Source: Candidatus Methanofastidiosia archaeon (GTDB taxonomy: Archaea; Methanobacteriota_B; Thermococci; Methanofastidiosales; NM3). Taken from it: DNA of 45,225 bases. The position numbers were made by a program, and so were the translations under genes. The stretch is taken from contig JAFGGT010000031.1 of the NCBI GenBank assembly GCA_016930445.1, positions 1 through 45,225 on the forward strand, written 5' to 3'. Positions 8,358-17,215 of the stretch are shown in pieces. The notes beneath the pieces were generated by a model. The model saw only the letters and a list, made by a program, of their open reading frames with translations. It did not search any database and had not been told where the DNA came from. Numbering within the stretch: position 1 is the first letter of the stretch; each line of letters starts with the position of its first letter.

Positions 8358-9566
8358 TCATAGATTCGTGAGCTTGAATATGTGCCCATTGACGTATGCC
8401 CAGCTGCGCGAGACCGCTATCTTGTTGGAGTCTCCCGTGGCCGCTTCGCTGAGGGTGTAACCTACTATGGTCTCGTCAGTTATGACCGCAAGCTTCCAGA
8501 CAGAATCCTCCTTGTCATAGTAGAGGATCCTCCCATCCTTTACGACATAGTTGCCGACAGAGTCCGCCAGCTTCCTTGGGGCCTTGAAGATAGTTGAGAC
8601 ATAGTAGAGCTGATTTTCCGTTCCTTTCTTGATGACGTACACGACATCGTTGCCATCTATCTCAGGGTACATCTCGTCCCCATCGAGTGTGGAAAGGGGC
8701 ATCTCCCCACCCCCGGTGACGCTGGCCATGTATATGTCCCAGTCACGATTGTACTGAGAGTATACTACCATGTTCCCTGAAAGGTCCGCGTTCTCCTTGT
8801 TGCATGGGGATATCGTGACGTTGTACTCCTTTCCCGTCTTGAGGTCCTGAGAGTATACCTGCTTGTATGTGCCTGACCTAAGAACGTACACGATCCACCA
8901 ATCGTCATGGCCCTCCATCGTCCTTACGGCCAGGTTCTTGAAGACCTTGTCGTGGATGTTTAGATATTGTGGGACCCAATCGTCGCCTCCGCTTGCCGAA
9001 CAGAACACAGCCCCGTTGTCCACCATCTGTACCGTGCTAAGGTAATACAGATTCGCATATGTCATCTCGTTCTTGTTACTAAGATTTACCCGCATCAGGT
9101 AATATAGGCCTGTTGTGTTCAGAGTGCCTGGCACGCTCTCATAGAGGTAGTAAAGCAAACTGTCATCAACGATCTCTGGCCTGTCGTATATGACAAGATC
9201 CATGACGCCGCTGTAGACGGGCCCCTTCGGGGCAGGTGTAGTTGTAGGAGGCTGAGTGGTGGGGGCGGGTGTCGTTGTGGGGGGCTGTGTTGTCGTCGGT
9301 GCTGCCGTGGTCGGTGCGGGGGTGGTCGTCGGTGGCACGGTCGTTGAAGGCCTGGGTGTTATTACGGGCGGCGAAGTGGTCGTCGGGGTGCTTGTGGGAC
9401 AACCCTGATTTGAGGCCTCGCCATAGATGTTGGGGCATGCATCGTCCTCGTCTGGTATTCCATCGTTGTCAGCGTCCGGAGGTTGTGAATCCGTTCCCTC
9501 GTTGATGCATCCTGCCAGCATGGATACCATTATCATCATGCCCAGCAACAGGTAAGACGATCGCAT
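8358..9566 (-). CDS. Surface lipoprotein with TSP3-like Ca-binding repeat, Pro/Thr linker and TolB-like beta-propeller
   Basis: Lipobox LAGC, DADNDGIPDEDDACP, PTTT repeats, and propeller-type repeats (ADLSGNMVVYSQYNRDWDIYM, PEIDGNDVVY). Confidence 0.8.
   Translation of the reverse strand: MRSSYLLLGMMIMVSMLAGCINEGTDSQPPDADNDGIPDEDDACPNIYGEASNQGCPTSTPTTTSPPVITPRPSTTVPPTTTPAPTTAAPTTTQPPTTTPAPTTQPPTTTPAPKGPVYSGVMDLVIYDRPEIVDDSLLYYLYESVPGTLNTTGLYYLMRVNLSNKNEMTYANLYYLSTVQMVDNGAVFCSASGGDDWVPQYLNIHDKVFKNLAVRTMEGHDDWWIVYVLRSGTYKQVYSQDLKTGKEYNVTISPCNKENADLSGNMVVYSQYNRDWDIYMASVTGGGEMPLSTLDGDEMYPEIDGNDVVYVIKKGTENQLYYVSTIFKAPRKLADSVGNYVVKDGRILYYDKEDSVWKLAVITDETIVGYTLSEAATGDSNKIAVSRSWAYVNGHIFKLTNL
9228..9398 (-). 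repeat. Degenerate coding tandem repeat (PTTTPAP/PTTQP linker)
   Basis: GTGGT/GTCGT/GGGG low-complexity repeats encoding PTTTPAPTTAAPTTTQPPTTTPAPTTQPPTTTPAP. Confidence 0.85.
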
Positions 9567-9596
9567 GGATTTAACTCATCGACATTTTATTTAAAA

Positions 9597-10451
9597 TTAA
9601 TGTGGACTCCGCTCGATCAGTGAAATTGCCTTGCGAAGATTCCATTCGAATCCCTTATCCTCGCTTACAGGCGTCTCCAAGACCTTCGGCACATCTAGGA
9701 GGGACTCATGATTGAGCAGGGCCTTGAATGCCTTCTCGCCGATCTCCCCAAGCCCTATGTGCTGGTGCTGGTCCCCTCTCGAATCGAAAGGGTATACTGA
9801 GTCGTTGAGGTGCATCATGCACAGATTCCCCAACCCTACCTCGGCATCAAGCTCCTTAATGGCCGCCTCGAGCCCGGCGGCCTCGTGTATAGCATACCCT
9901 CCACAGAACGCATGACAGGTATCAAGGCAGATCCCGATCCTTTTCGGTCCCAATCCAGAGGAGTCCATCATTAGGGAAAGCTCACTGAAGGTGCGGCCAA
10001 GTGTCGTTCCCCTTCCAGACGTGTTCTCAAGGAGCAGCTTGGTCCCTTTCTTTATGTCCAGGGAGGATAGGCGCCGGGAGACATTATCGATCCCGTCTTC
10101 CCTTCCCTTACCGCTCGTAAAGGCACCAGGATGCAATACCAAAAACTCTATGCCTAGGCGCGAAGTGGCGTCAAGCTCCCTCTGAAGGGCCTCGATGGAC
10201 TTGGAAGCCGCATTCTCATCGTCGGATCCAAGATTGATAAGGTATTTCGAGTGGACGGCATAGGGCCGCTGGTCGGCCCTTTCCCTCTGTTCCTTGAACA
10301 TCTCGACCTCTTGGGGTGGCGGTTCAGCGACCGCCCATGCCCTTGGCGATGACACGAATATCTGTCCACAGTTCCCGCCGATCTCGCGCTCCCGTTCGAT
10401 GGCCTTGCTTATGCCTCCGGCGATCGATACATGGGCCCCGATCCTTATCAT
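9597..10451 (-). CDS. nfo: Endonuclease IV (AP endonuclease family 2)
   Basis: IGAHVSIAGG, HSKYLINL, LHPG, LLENTSG, CLDTCH, HLNDS, DQHQHIG and LETP. Confidence 0.96.
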   Translation of the reverse strand: MIRIGAHVSIAGGISKAIEREREIGGNCGQIFVSSPRAWAVAEPPPQEVEMFKEQRERADQRPYAVHSKYLINLGSDDENAASKSIEALQRELDATSRLGIEFLVLHPGAFTSGKGREDGIDNVSRRLSSLDIKKGTKLLLENTSGRGTTLGRTFSELSLMMDSSGLGPKRIGICLDTCHAFCGGYAIHEAAGLEAAIKELDAEVGLGNLCMMHLNDSVYPFDSRGDQHQHIGLGEIGEKAFKALLNHESLLDVPKVLETPVSEDKGFEWNLRKAISLIERSPH

Positions 10452-10455
10452 GGCA

Positions 10456-10914
10456 TTACCCGTACTTCTCTATGTACATCTTGAGGTTCTTGTAATAGTA
10501 GTACATTATGAGAACGTTCAAGAGCTCAAGGTCTGGGGCGTTGACGAAGCATATGACACGATTCTCACTATACACCCCCTCCCTGAGGTCGAGCAGGAGC
10601 TGCAACATCTCAAGGTCCTCTAGCTGCCTCCACTCGGAACTGTCCAAGAGATAGCAGATCTCGATTATCTCTATCTCAAGGGGGATGGTCTTCCATCCCC
10701 TGGTCTCATCGTAATCCGAAGCGAGCTGGTTCGCCACAAACAGCCTCTCGAAGAACAGGGTGACGCCCACTGCCTTGTCATCCTCGTCCTTGAGGTACAT
10801 CTGTGTCCATAAGGTATTGGCCTTCGTGTAAAAGGACTCTATGGCACTCTCGTCATGAACTATCTTATCTATGATGAGGCAGACCTCGTGTCTTTTGAAT
10901 TTCCTAATGTCCAT
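10456..10914 (-). CDS. Hypothetical protein, probably co-transcribed with nfo
   Basis: GGAGGT RBS upstream; 4-nt gap to the nfo start. Confidence 0.7.
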   Translation of the reverse strand: MDIRKFKRHEVCLIIDKIVHDESAIESFYTKANTLWTQMYLKDEDDKAVGVTLFFERLFVANQLASDYDETRGWKTIPLEIEIIEICYLLDSSEWRQLEDLEMLQLLLDLREGVYSENRVICFVNAPDLELLNVLIMYYYYKNLKMYIEKYG

Positions 10915-11030
10915 TTGATAACCTCCGACATTGAATGAATATGGTCATTATATATGGAACGTTTTATTTAAATGTGTTATATGGCTGCAACATAGATAAA
11001 ACTTTAAATCAATAATAGCAAATCCAACTT

Positions 11031-12263
11031 ATGCCGACCAATAAGGTGATCGAGGAGCATGAAAGCTGCAGGATAGTCATGGACATGAAACCTTCGGTTG
11101 GCATCTCCAGGAACAAGTGCATCGTGTGCAAGGGCAGGATAATGTGCGGCATCTCGCCTTGCCCGATACTCTCATCGATATCGATAGACTTCAGGGAGAA
11201 CGTTGACAACAAGTGGTCGCTGCAAGGAAGGGCATCTGGTGTGAACGTTGGCTGGGAGAAGTTTCCTAGCGGCTCCATAGTCCCCACCATCCTTGACAAC
11301 GAATACGACCCAAGCATCAAGTTTGACAACATAAGGGAGAGCATCTACTACAAGATATCCAACATATATGGCCCCTGCATCGAGGGCAGCCACATAGACA
11401 GGTATGAAAATGAACTAAGCAAGATAGCTCTTTCCCAGGACCCGATAGAGCTCGATGTGTCGTTCTCAGGCCGGCCAGAGAGGCGTTTCTTTTTCAGCAC
11501 CGTCGAGAGGGCCTACGCCAACTCGGGCCCCATTGAGGCATTGGAGGTCTTCGGGGAACCCAACATACCACTCTTTTTCATAGACATCCTGGAGAGGAAC
11601 ATGGCCTATGAGCAGGCGATCATCGAAGCCTATAGGAACGACGCGGAGATAGAGTATATATCAAAGCTCCTTTCAATGGGGTGCTTCGGGAAGACGCAAA
11701 AATTCATGCCTTCGAGATGGGCTAAGACCACGGTATACTCGGTTTGCTCCCATCATATGATAAAGAATATCAAGAAGCTGCCCATAGGGCAACAGACCTC
11801 GCTCTATCACCATAGGCATCTTGGCAACGACTACGTCGTGCTGGCATTTCCAAGGGCCTGGGAGTTCGAGCTCTTGGAGCGGTGGCTTCCGAACTGCATC
11901 TGGACCATGGGAGAGGACACGCCCCTCTATTTGCACGAGCACGAGACCTATAACGGCGTGTCCGACCAGGCAATGAGGGAGGGGGGGTCCTACTATTCCA
12001 GCAGATTGGGCGTCTGCGAGCTGTTGAAGCGGGAGGGCATGCAATCCGCCTGCCTCGTGATATCCTCGGCCAATCCAGGGTCGTCCATACCCTTTGGTTC
12101 CGGAGAGACCCGGATGGGCGTTTCCGGAGCGGAGCTTATAGATAGGTACGATGACGAGGGAGAGGCCTTAGAGGAGGCATGCTCAATAATCGGTATGCCG
12201 AAAAAGACCCTATTCCGAAACTCGATGCTCCTTTCTCAGAACACCCTAGGCAGATGGCTCTAG
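11031..12263 (+). CDS. nre: Nre-family archaeal DNA repair protein (PCNA-interacting)
   Basis: N-terminal CxxCKGRxxCGxxxCP Cys cluster, PSRW motif, HLGNDY, WEFELLE, GGSYYSSRLGV, and a C-terminal PIP-like QNTLGRW. Confidence 0.88.
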   Translation: MPTNKVIEEHESCRIVMDMKPSVGISRNKCIVCKGRIMCGISPCPILSSISIDFRENVDNKWSLQGRASGVNVGWEKFPSGSIVPTILDNEYDPSIKFDNIRESIYYKISNIYGPCIEGSHIDRYENELSKIALSQDPIELDVSFSGRPERRFFFSTVERAYANSGPIEALEVFGEPNIPLFFIDILERNMAYEQAIIEAYRNDAEIEYISKLLSMGCFGKTQKFMPSRWAKTTVYSVCSHHMIKNIKKLPIGQQTSLYHHRHLGNDYVVLAFPRAWEFELLERWLPNCIWTMGEDTPLYLHEHETYNGVSDQAMREGGSYYSSRLGVCELLKREGMQSACLVISSANPGSSIPFGSGETRMGVSGAELIDRYDDEGEALEEACSIIGMPKKTLFRNSMLLSQNTLGRWL

Positions 12264-13460
12264 CGTCTGGAACGCCCCGTATCTGGCCAGTCGGGAAAGG
12301 CCCCATTTGAATAGCAGCGGCGTTAATATTATGGTCATCAATGAGACGATGATTATGGTCGTGAACACATCCTCGCCAATGACGCCACTATTGTAACCAT
12401 AGTTCACCAGCGCAAGCTCAAGAGAGCCCCTGCCGCACATTCCCACGCCGATGAGTATCGCCTTTCCCTTGTTGAATCCGCTCAGATATGCGCCAAGGCC
12501 GCAGCCGAGCATCTTCCCACCGAAAGCCGCAACGGATATGATCACGATGAAAAGGACGCTTATCCCGCTCACGGGATTGAAGCTCAGCCCTATCGAGATG
12601 AAGAAGAATGGCATGAATATGGACTTCAAGGTAACGCCCAGATGTTCGATGTTCTCATTGAGCGTCACCTGCACGTTCAACATGGGGTCCTTGAACTCCC
12701 TTACCCTTCCTATCACAAGGCCGGCCAGATAGGCGCCGATGATCTCGTGCAGGCCCAGCGCGTTCGCAAGCAGTGCCAATGAGAAGGTGAGTATGAACAT
12801 TACCGAGAGCATCTGATAATCGCTCCTGAAGAATCTCATGCTAACCAGTTTGAATATGTCCTTGACGAGGATCTTATCGGAAATGTAGAGAACAGCAAAG
12901 AGGAAGACCACGATCTTTATCGTTATGAGGCCGAAGGTGGCCATGTCGAGCGCCCCGGTGTTCGCTATCGCCGACAGGACGCCGATAAGGTAAATGGCTA
13001 TGAAGTCGTCCGCAAGAGCGGATGCCACCAAGACCGGCCCCATATCCTGCGTGTCCTCATTTATTATCATGCCGGACACGACCTCGATGGATGTGTTGGA
13101 TAGGAGTATCCCTAGGAAAACGGACTCAAGAAGCCCGAAGCCGAATGCATAGCAGAAGGCGAATCCCAGCCCAAAGCTGGCAATGACGCCAAGCGAACCG
13201 ATGACGGAAGAGGAGAACTTGCTCCGGGAGAGGTCTGTGTACTTGCTGGTCAGGCCCACGTAGAGCATCATCATCAGAAGCCCCAGCTCGGCAAGCACGT
13301 TGAAGGCTTCGGTCGGGGCGACTATGTTAAGGATGAACGGCCCCAGGCATATGCCTGTCAGTACCTCCGCCACGATGGAGGATATGCTCATCCTACTGAA
13401 GAGCTCACCCAATACTTTTGCCACGAACAGAAGAAGGACAATGTCAATTAACTCGATCAT
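12246..13460 (-). CDS. Cation:proton antiporter (CPA2/NapA-like)
   Basis: About 12 TM helices; SNTS, ALADD, IIGAYLAGL, PFFFISIGL and GMCGRG motifs. Confidence 0.9.
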   Translation of the reverse strand: MIELIDIVLLLFVAKVLGELFSRMSISSIVAEVLTGICLGPFILNIVAPTEAFNVLAELGLLMMMLYVGLTSKYTDLSRSKFSSSVIGSLGVIASFGLGFAFCYAFGFGLLESVFLGILLSNTSIEVVSGMIINEDTQDMGPVLVASALADDFIAIYLIGVLSAIANTGALDMATFGLITIKIVVFLFAVLYISDKILVKDIFKLVSMRFFRSDYQMLSVMFILTFSLALLANALGLHEIIGAYLAGLVIGRVREFKDPMLNVQVTLNENIEHLGVTLKSIFMPFFFISIGLSFNPVSGISVLFIVIISVAAFGGKMLGCGLGAYLSGFNKGKAILIGVGMCGRGSLELALVNYGYNSGVIGEDVFTTIIIVSLMTIILTPLLFKWGLSRLARYGAFQTLEPSA

Positions 13461-13467
13461 GATAGTT

Positions 13468-14349
13468 CTACCTTGCCAACGCCCTGCTAATTTCTACCGC
13501 CTTTCTTGCCACGTCGAGAGCATCCCTGCCAACAAGATATATGCAAGGCTCTATGCCAAATGCGCCCTTGTCGATCAAAAGGTCCGTCATAGGATCAAGA
13601 TCCCCTATAACTAGATTGCCGTCATTTCTAAATAATAATCTTTCTTTAAGCCCCAGGGCCTTGCAAGCTGCAAGGATCTCTTCGCTATGGCTGATGTTCA
13701 TTATGGACTTAATGCTCTGCTGAAGGCCGTTTATCCTGAGCAGGAGATTCGTGGTATGCCTCGACGCGTTGAACTCGGGGGCGGTGGGGCTCATGACCTT
13801 CCCCCTGACTACTATCAGCCGGCCGGGTATGGAAGCGACATCGAATGGGCCACTGGGCGACTCGGTGCACATGGCGATGTTCGTCCTGACCTCGGGTACG
13901 AGGCCCACTATGTTCTCCTTTATGAGCATGCCGATAGCGCCCTCCATCATGTGAAGCACCGAGTTCCTTGGGTTGTCCTCCATCCTGAGGTTCATGCATG
14001 CATTGCAGTCATCGTTTCCAGTCTGCCGCTTGTGCATGGGGCACAGCCCGGAGGACTCCCTAAGCGAAAGGCAGAAAGAGCATAAGGTCCTCGTGGCCTG
14101 GCCAGGGGACTCTATGACCTCCACCAGCCTCAGGGCGAGCCCGTCTATCTCCCTCTGCATCTCCTTTCCCAAATGTTTGGGATGTTTTGAGAGGTATTTC
14201 GAGACCATGGCCTGGGTGACTCCCAATAGCTCTGCCGCCCTCTTCTGGGAGTATCCCCTCTCGTTGACCAGTATCTTTGCGACTTCCCTCCTGATGGCGG
14301 GCAGTATCCTTTCATCAACTAGCAAGCATGGAGGCCTAATCTCTATCAC
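13468..14349 (-). CDS. thiR: ThiR-type regulator (HTH plus ThiN-like thiamine-phosphate sensing domain)
   Basis: HTH YSQKRAAELLGVTQAMVSKYL, Cys-rich linker, ThiN-like LVPEVRTNIA, PGRL, PEFNASRH and GAFGIEP. Directly downstream of thiBP. Confidence 0.82.
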   Translation of the reverse strand: MIEIRPPCLLVDERILPAIRREVAKILVNERGYSQKRAAELLGVTQAMVSKYLSKHPKHLGKEMQREIDGLALRLVEVIESPGQATRTLCSFCLSLRESSGLCPMHKRQTGNDDCNACMNLRMEDNPRNSVLHMMEGAIGMLIKENIVGLVPEVRTNIAMCTESPSGPFDVASIPGRLIVVRGKVMSPTAPEFNASRHTTNLLLRINGLQQSIKSIMNISHSEEILAACKALGLKERLLFRNDGNLVIGDLDPMTDLLIDKGAFGIEPCIYLVGRDALDVARKAVEISRALAR

Positions 14350-14419
14350 CCATGGAGCTTCAAATCCCCTTATTTGAATAATACTTTCTTTCGAACATAA
14401 TAATCATTTCCCATTGCCG

Positions 14420-16066
14420 TCAGAACTGGAGCTTAGAACCCGCCCTTTCTATCAGCAGAAAGCTGATTGCTGAAACGGCCATCAGTATGACGCCGAGGGC
14501 CGCGGCCGGGCCGAATCTGTATCCCCCGATGTATCTATAGATGTAGATTGGGATGGTAGTGTATCTGCCACCATAGAGCATGTAGGCCGCCGCCAGTTCG
14601 CCAAGGGATATGGCAAATGAGAAGACCGCAGCTGCCATGATGCCGCCCTTTATGAGTGGCAGCTCTATTGAAAGGAACGCCCTCATCCGGGACGCGCCCA
14701 TGTTCTGGGCGGCCTCTACCAGCGCCCTGTCCACCTTAGAGACAGAGTTGGAAACGGCCCTGAAAGAGAACGGGAAGGAGATGACCGCATGTATAAGGAC
14801 TATGGCCATCAGAAGTATGTCGATCGAAAACGCATTGCCCACGATAAGGTAACCCAGTGCCAAAGTGATCGTGGAGACACAGAGAGGTATCATGACCATT
14901 GCGCCCAAGAGCTTCCTCAGGCCGCTTACCGAAGAATGGCCGTATGAGAGAACTATGCCGAATATCACGGAGATCATCATGGCCAATGTGGCGATTATCA
15001 AGGAATTGGCAATGGACTCGAGCGGCGTTGCGCCGATGAAGCTTCGGCCCCCGACGTCCAATACCTCCCTGAACCAGTCCAGGGTGTAGTCTGACAAGCC
15101 CCCTGCCTTTACGGATGCGTGGACTATCGATGCCATGGGGCCCAATAGCAGCACGGATACGACGAGCGAGTATACGGCTGTCAGGGCCTTATGTGTGGAT
15201 GACATCGAGGAGAGTGACCTTAGCTGCCTAAGCCTGCCCTCGATCCTTTTAACGTCCACCTTCATGTAAGCGAACACGATGCCCAGAAGGAAAACTATCT
15301 GCAACAATGATAGAGCGGCCGCGACCTCGAAGGACCCGTAGAAGTTAGTGACGGTGTATATCGTGACCTCCATGGTGGCGTACCTTGGACCGCCTAGGGC
15401 AAGGACTATTGCGAAAGAGGTAAAGCAATATATGAATATCAAGAGCGAGCTCGAGAGGATCGCCTGGGAAAGGAACGGCAGCTCTATGTCCTTGAACACC
15501 CTCAACCTGGATGCGCCCATGTTCCTGGCGGCCTCAAGAAGGCCCTCGTCGATATGCCCCCAGATCGAGGAAACGTACCTGAACACAAGGGGTATGTTAT
15601 AGAAGGCGTGCGCGAGTATGATGGCCTTCCAGCTGTAGAGGATCCTGATAGGCACCCCACCTCCCCCGGTTATGTCCCTTAGGAGGTCGTTGAGCACCCC
15701 TGAATTGCCAAAGAATATCACGAATCCCAGCACCACAAGGACCGAGGGCAGCACGAAGGGTATCGTGGAGAGCGCCATTATCTGCCCCTTCCACCTGAAC
15801 TCATAGTTTGATAAGATGAAGGCGCCCGGCAATCCGAGAGCAAGCGTTATCAGGACGGAGGCGAATGCCTGCACGAACGTGAAGAGCATCACCTCCCTGT
15901 AATACTTGCTGGAAAATACCTGGTAGAAGGCCTCGAAGGAAAGCTTCCCGTCTGTCGTCAGGCCCGAGTAGAGCACCATGAGCAGAGGCAGTAATACGAA
16001 TAGAAATAGAAAGAATGAAGGCAAGGCGACAAGCGCCAGCCTTCTTGGCGATATGCCCCAGCTCAT
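14420..16066 (-). CDS. thiP: Thiamine ABC transporter permease (duplicated domain)
   Basis: Two EAA motifs (EAARNMGA, EAAQNMGA) and ILAHAFYNIP. The start at 16066 overlaps the thiB stop. Confidence 0.85.
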   Translation of the reverse strand: MSWGISPRRLALVALPSFFLFLFVLLPLLMVLYSGLTTDGKLSFEAFYQVFSSKYYREVMLFTFVQAFASVLITLALGLPGAFILSNYEFRWKGQIMALSTIPFVLPSVLVVLGFVIFFGNSGVLNDLLRDITGGGGVPIRILYSWKAIILAHAFYNIPLVFRYVSSIWGHIDEGLLEAARNMGASRLRVFKDIELPFLSQAILSSSLLIFIYCFTSFAIVLALGGPRYATMEVTIYTVTNFYGSFEVAAALSLLQIVFLLGIVFAYMKVDVKRIEGRLRQLRSLSSMSSTHKALTAVYSLVVSVLLLGPMASIVHASVKAGGLSDYTLDWFREVLDVGGRSFIGATPLESIANSLIIATLAMMISVIFGIVLSYGHSSVSGLRKLLGAMVMIPLCVSTITLALGYLIVGNAFSIDILLMAIVLIHAVISFPFSFRAVSNSVSKVDRALVEAAQNMGASRMRAFLSIELPLIKGGIMAAAVFSFAISLGELAAAYMLYGGRYTTIPIYIYRYIGGYRFGPAAALGVILMAVSAISFLLIERAGSKLQF

Positions 16067-17073
16067 CCTATTGCCTCTAACCATCGCTCGATCCAACCCT
16101 CAAGCTTTGATCCGAGATCGTTCCTGTCAAGCGGCAGGACGGTGTCTGCCGTTTCAACTATCTGCATGTAGGACTCGGGGAGCTCGACGTCTGGATTCAC
16201 AGGCATCATGAACTGCGTCAGGGCCAGCTCTCTTTGGAATTCCTCGGAGAGCATGAAGTCAATGAACTTCTCTGCCAGGTCGGGATGCTTCGCGCCGTTG
16301 ACGATCCCAGCGCCCTCTATCTGTATGAATCCACCTTCCTCGAATATAACCCCCTTGTACCTGTCGGTCCCTTCGAACTCGAGGTGGTATGCGGGGCTGG
16401 TGGCATAGCTGATGACCATCGGTGCCTCGCCTTCGATGAACATCCCATAATATGCCGTGCTCCAGCTGGGGGCCACTGTCAGTATGCTATCCCCTATGTC
16501 CTCCCAGTAGCTATCGAAATCATCCCCATACGCTGCGATCGTCCAAAGTAGGAACGAGAGGCCCGGTGAGGATGTCCGAGGATCCTCGACTATCAGCATG
16601 CCATCCCATTCAGGCGACTTGAGGTCCTCGAAGGAGGTAGGGGGTTCCTGGACCGCATATGAATCATATATAAGGGCCATGAAGCTGTAGTCGAACGGAG
16701 TAAGCCTCCATTGATCGTCCATCAGCAAGTATTCCGGTATCTGCTCGTAGCCGGATGGGCGGTACTCCTCGAGAATGCCGCTGGAAAACGCCCTATACAT
16801 CTGCAGGTCATTTATCCCGATCAGGACATCGGCCTGTGGGTCATCCTTTTCAGCGATGGCCCTTGTTATCATGTCGCCAGAGCTCCCTATGGAGACCACG
16901 TTGACCGTCACGCCGTATTCCTCCTCAAAGAGTGGTATCACCAACGGCCCTGGCCCCCAGTCGGAGACGAAGCTATCGTAGGTGTAGATCGTCAGTTCTT
17001 TTTCCTCGCTTCCATTGATGCAGCCGCTCAAGAGGGCCACAAACAACACCAATATAACAGCAATGTACTTCAT
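16063..17073 (-). CDS. thiB: Thiamine ABC transporter substrate-binding lipoprotein
   Basis: Lipobox LSGC; TYDSFVSDWGPGP, PFDY, DPRTSSPGL, SYATSPAYH and QIEGAGI are TbpA/ThiB motifs. Confidence 0.92.
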   Translation of the reverse strand: MKYIAVILVLFVALLSGCINGSEEKELTIYTYDSFVSDWGPGPLVIPLFEEEYGVTVNVVSIGSSGDMITRAIAEKDDPQADVLIGINDLQMYRAFSSGILEEYRPSGYEQIPEYLLMDDQWRLTPFDYSFMALIYDSYAVQEPPTSFEDLKSPEWDGMLIVEDPRTSSPGLSFLLWTIAAYGDDFDSYWEDIGDSILTVAPSWSTAYYGMFIEGEAPMVISYATSPAYHLEFEGTDRYKGVIFEEGGFIQIEGAGIVNGAKHPDLAEKFIDFMLSEEFQRELALTQFMMPVNPDVELPESYMQIVETADTVLPLDRNDLGSKLEGWIERWLEAIG

Positions 17074-17080
17074 CGGTGCT

Positions 17081-17115
17081 TATAATTCACTTATAGTTTA
17101 TATAACTTACTAATA
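17081..17115. promoter_or_regulatory. Candidate ThiR operator pair overlapping the thiB promoter
   Basis: Palindrome TATAA-N5-TTATA (17081-17095) and an imperfect copy TATAA-N5-TAATA (17101-17115), 20 bp apart. Confidence 0.5.
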
Positions 17116-17215
17116 TCCAATGCCTCAAGAGGTGTAAAATTGATTTTTATGTTGGAATAGCTATGCGGTCCTAAAAATGAAAGGCATGTTCAAAAAAGGA
17201 AAAAAGGGAGTGGCC

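Noticed and set aside
9228..9398. Possible CRISPR or non-coding repeat array
   Set aside because: Degenerate in-frame repeats encoding a Pro/Thr linker; no constant repeat-spacer period and no cas genes.
17074..17215. TPP riboswitch upstream of thiB
   Set aside because: The region is AT-rich, lacks the conserved GCTGAGA core, and TATA-like elements lie close to the start codon.
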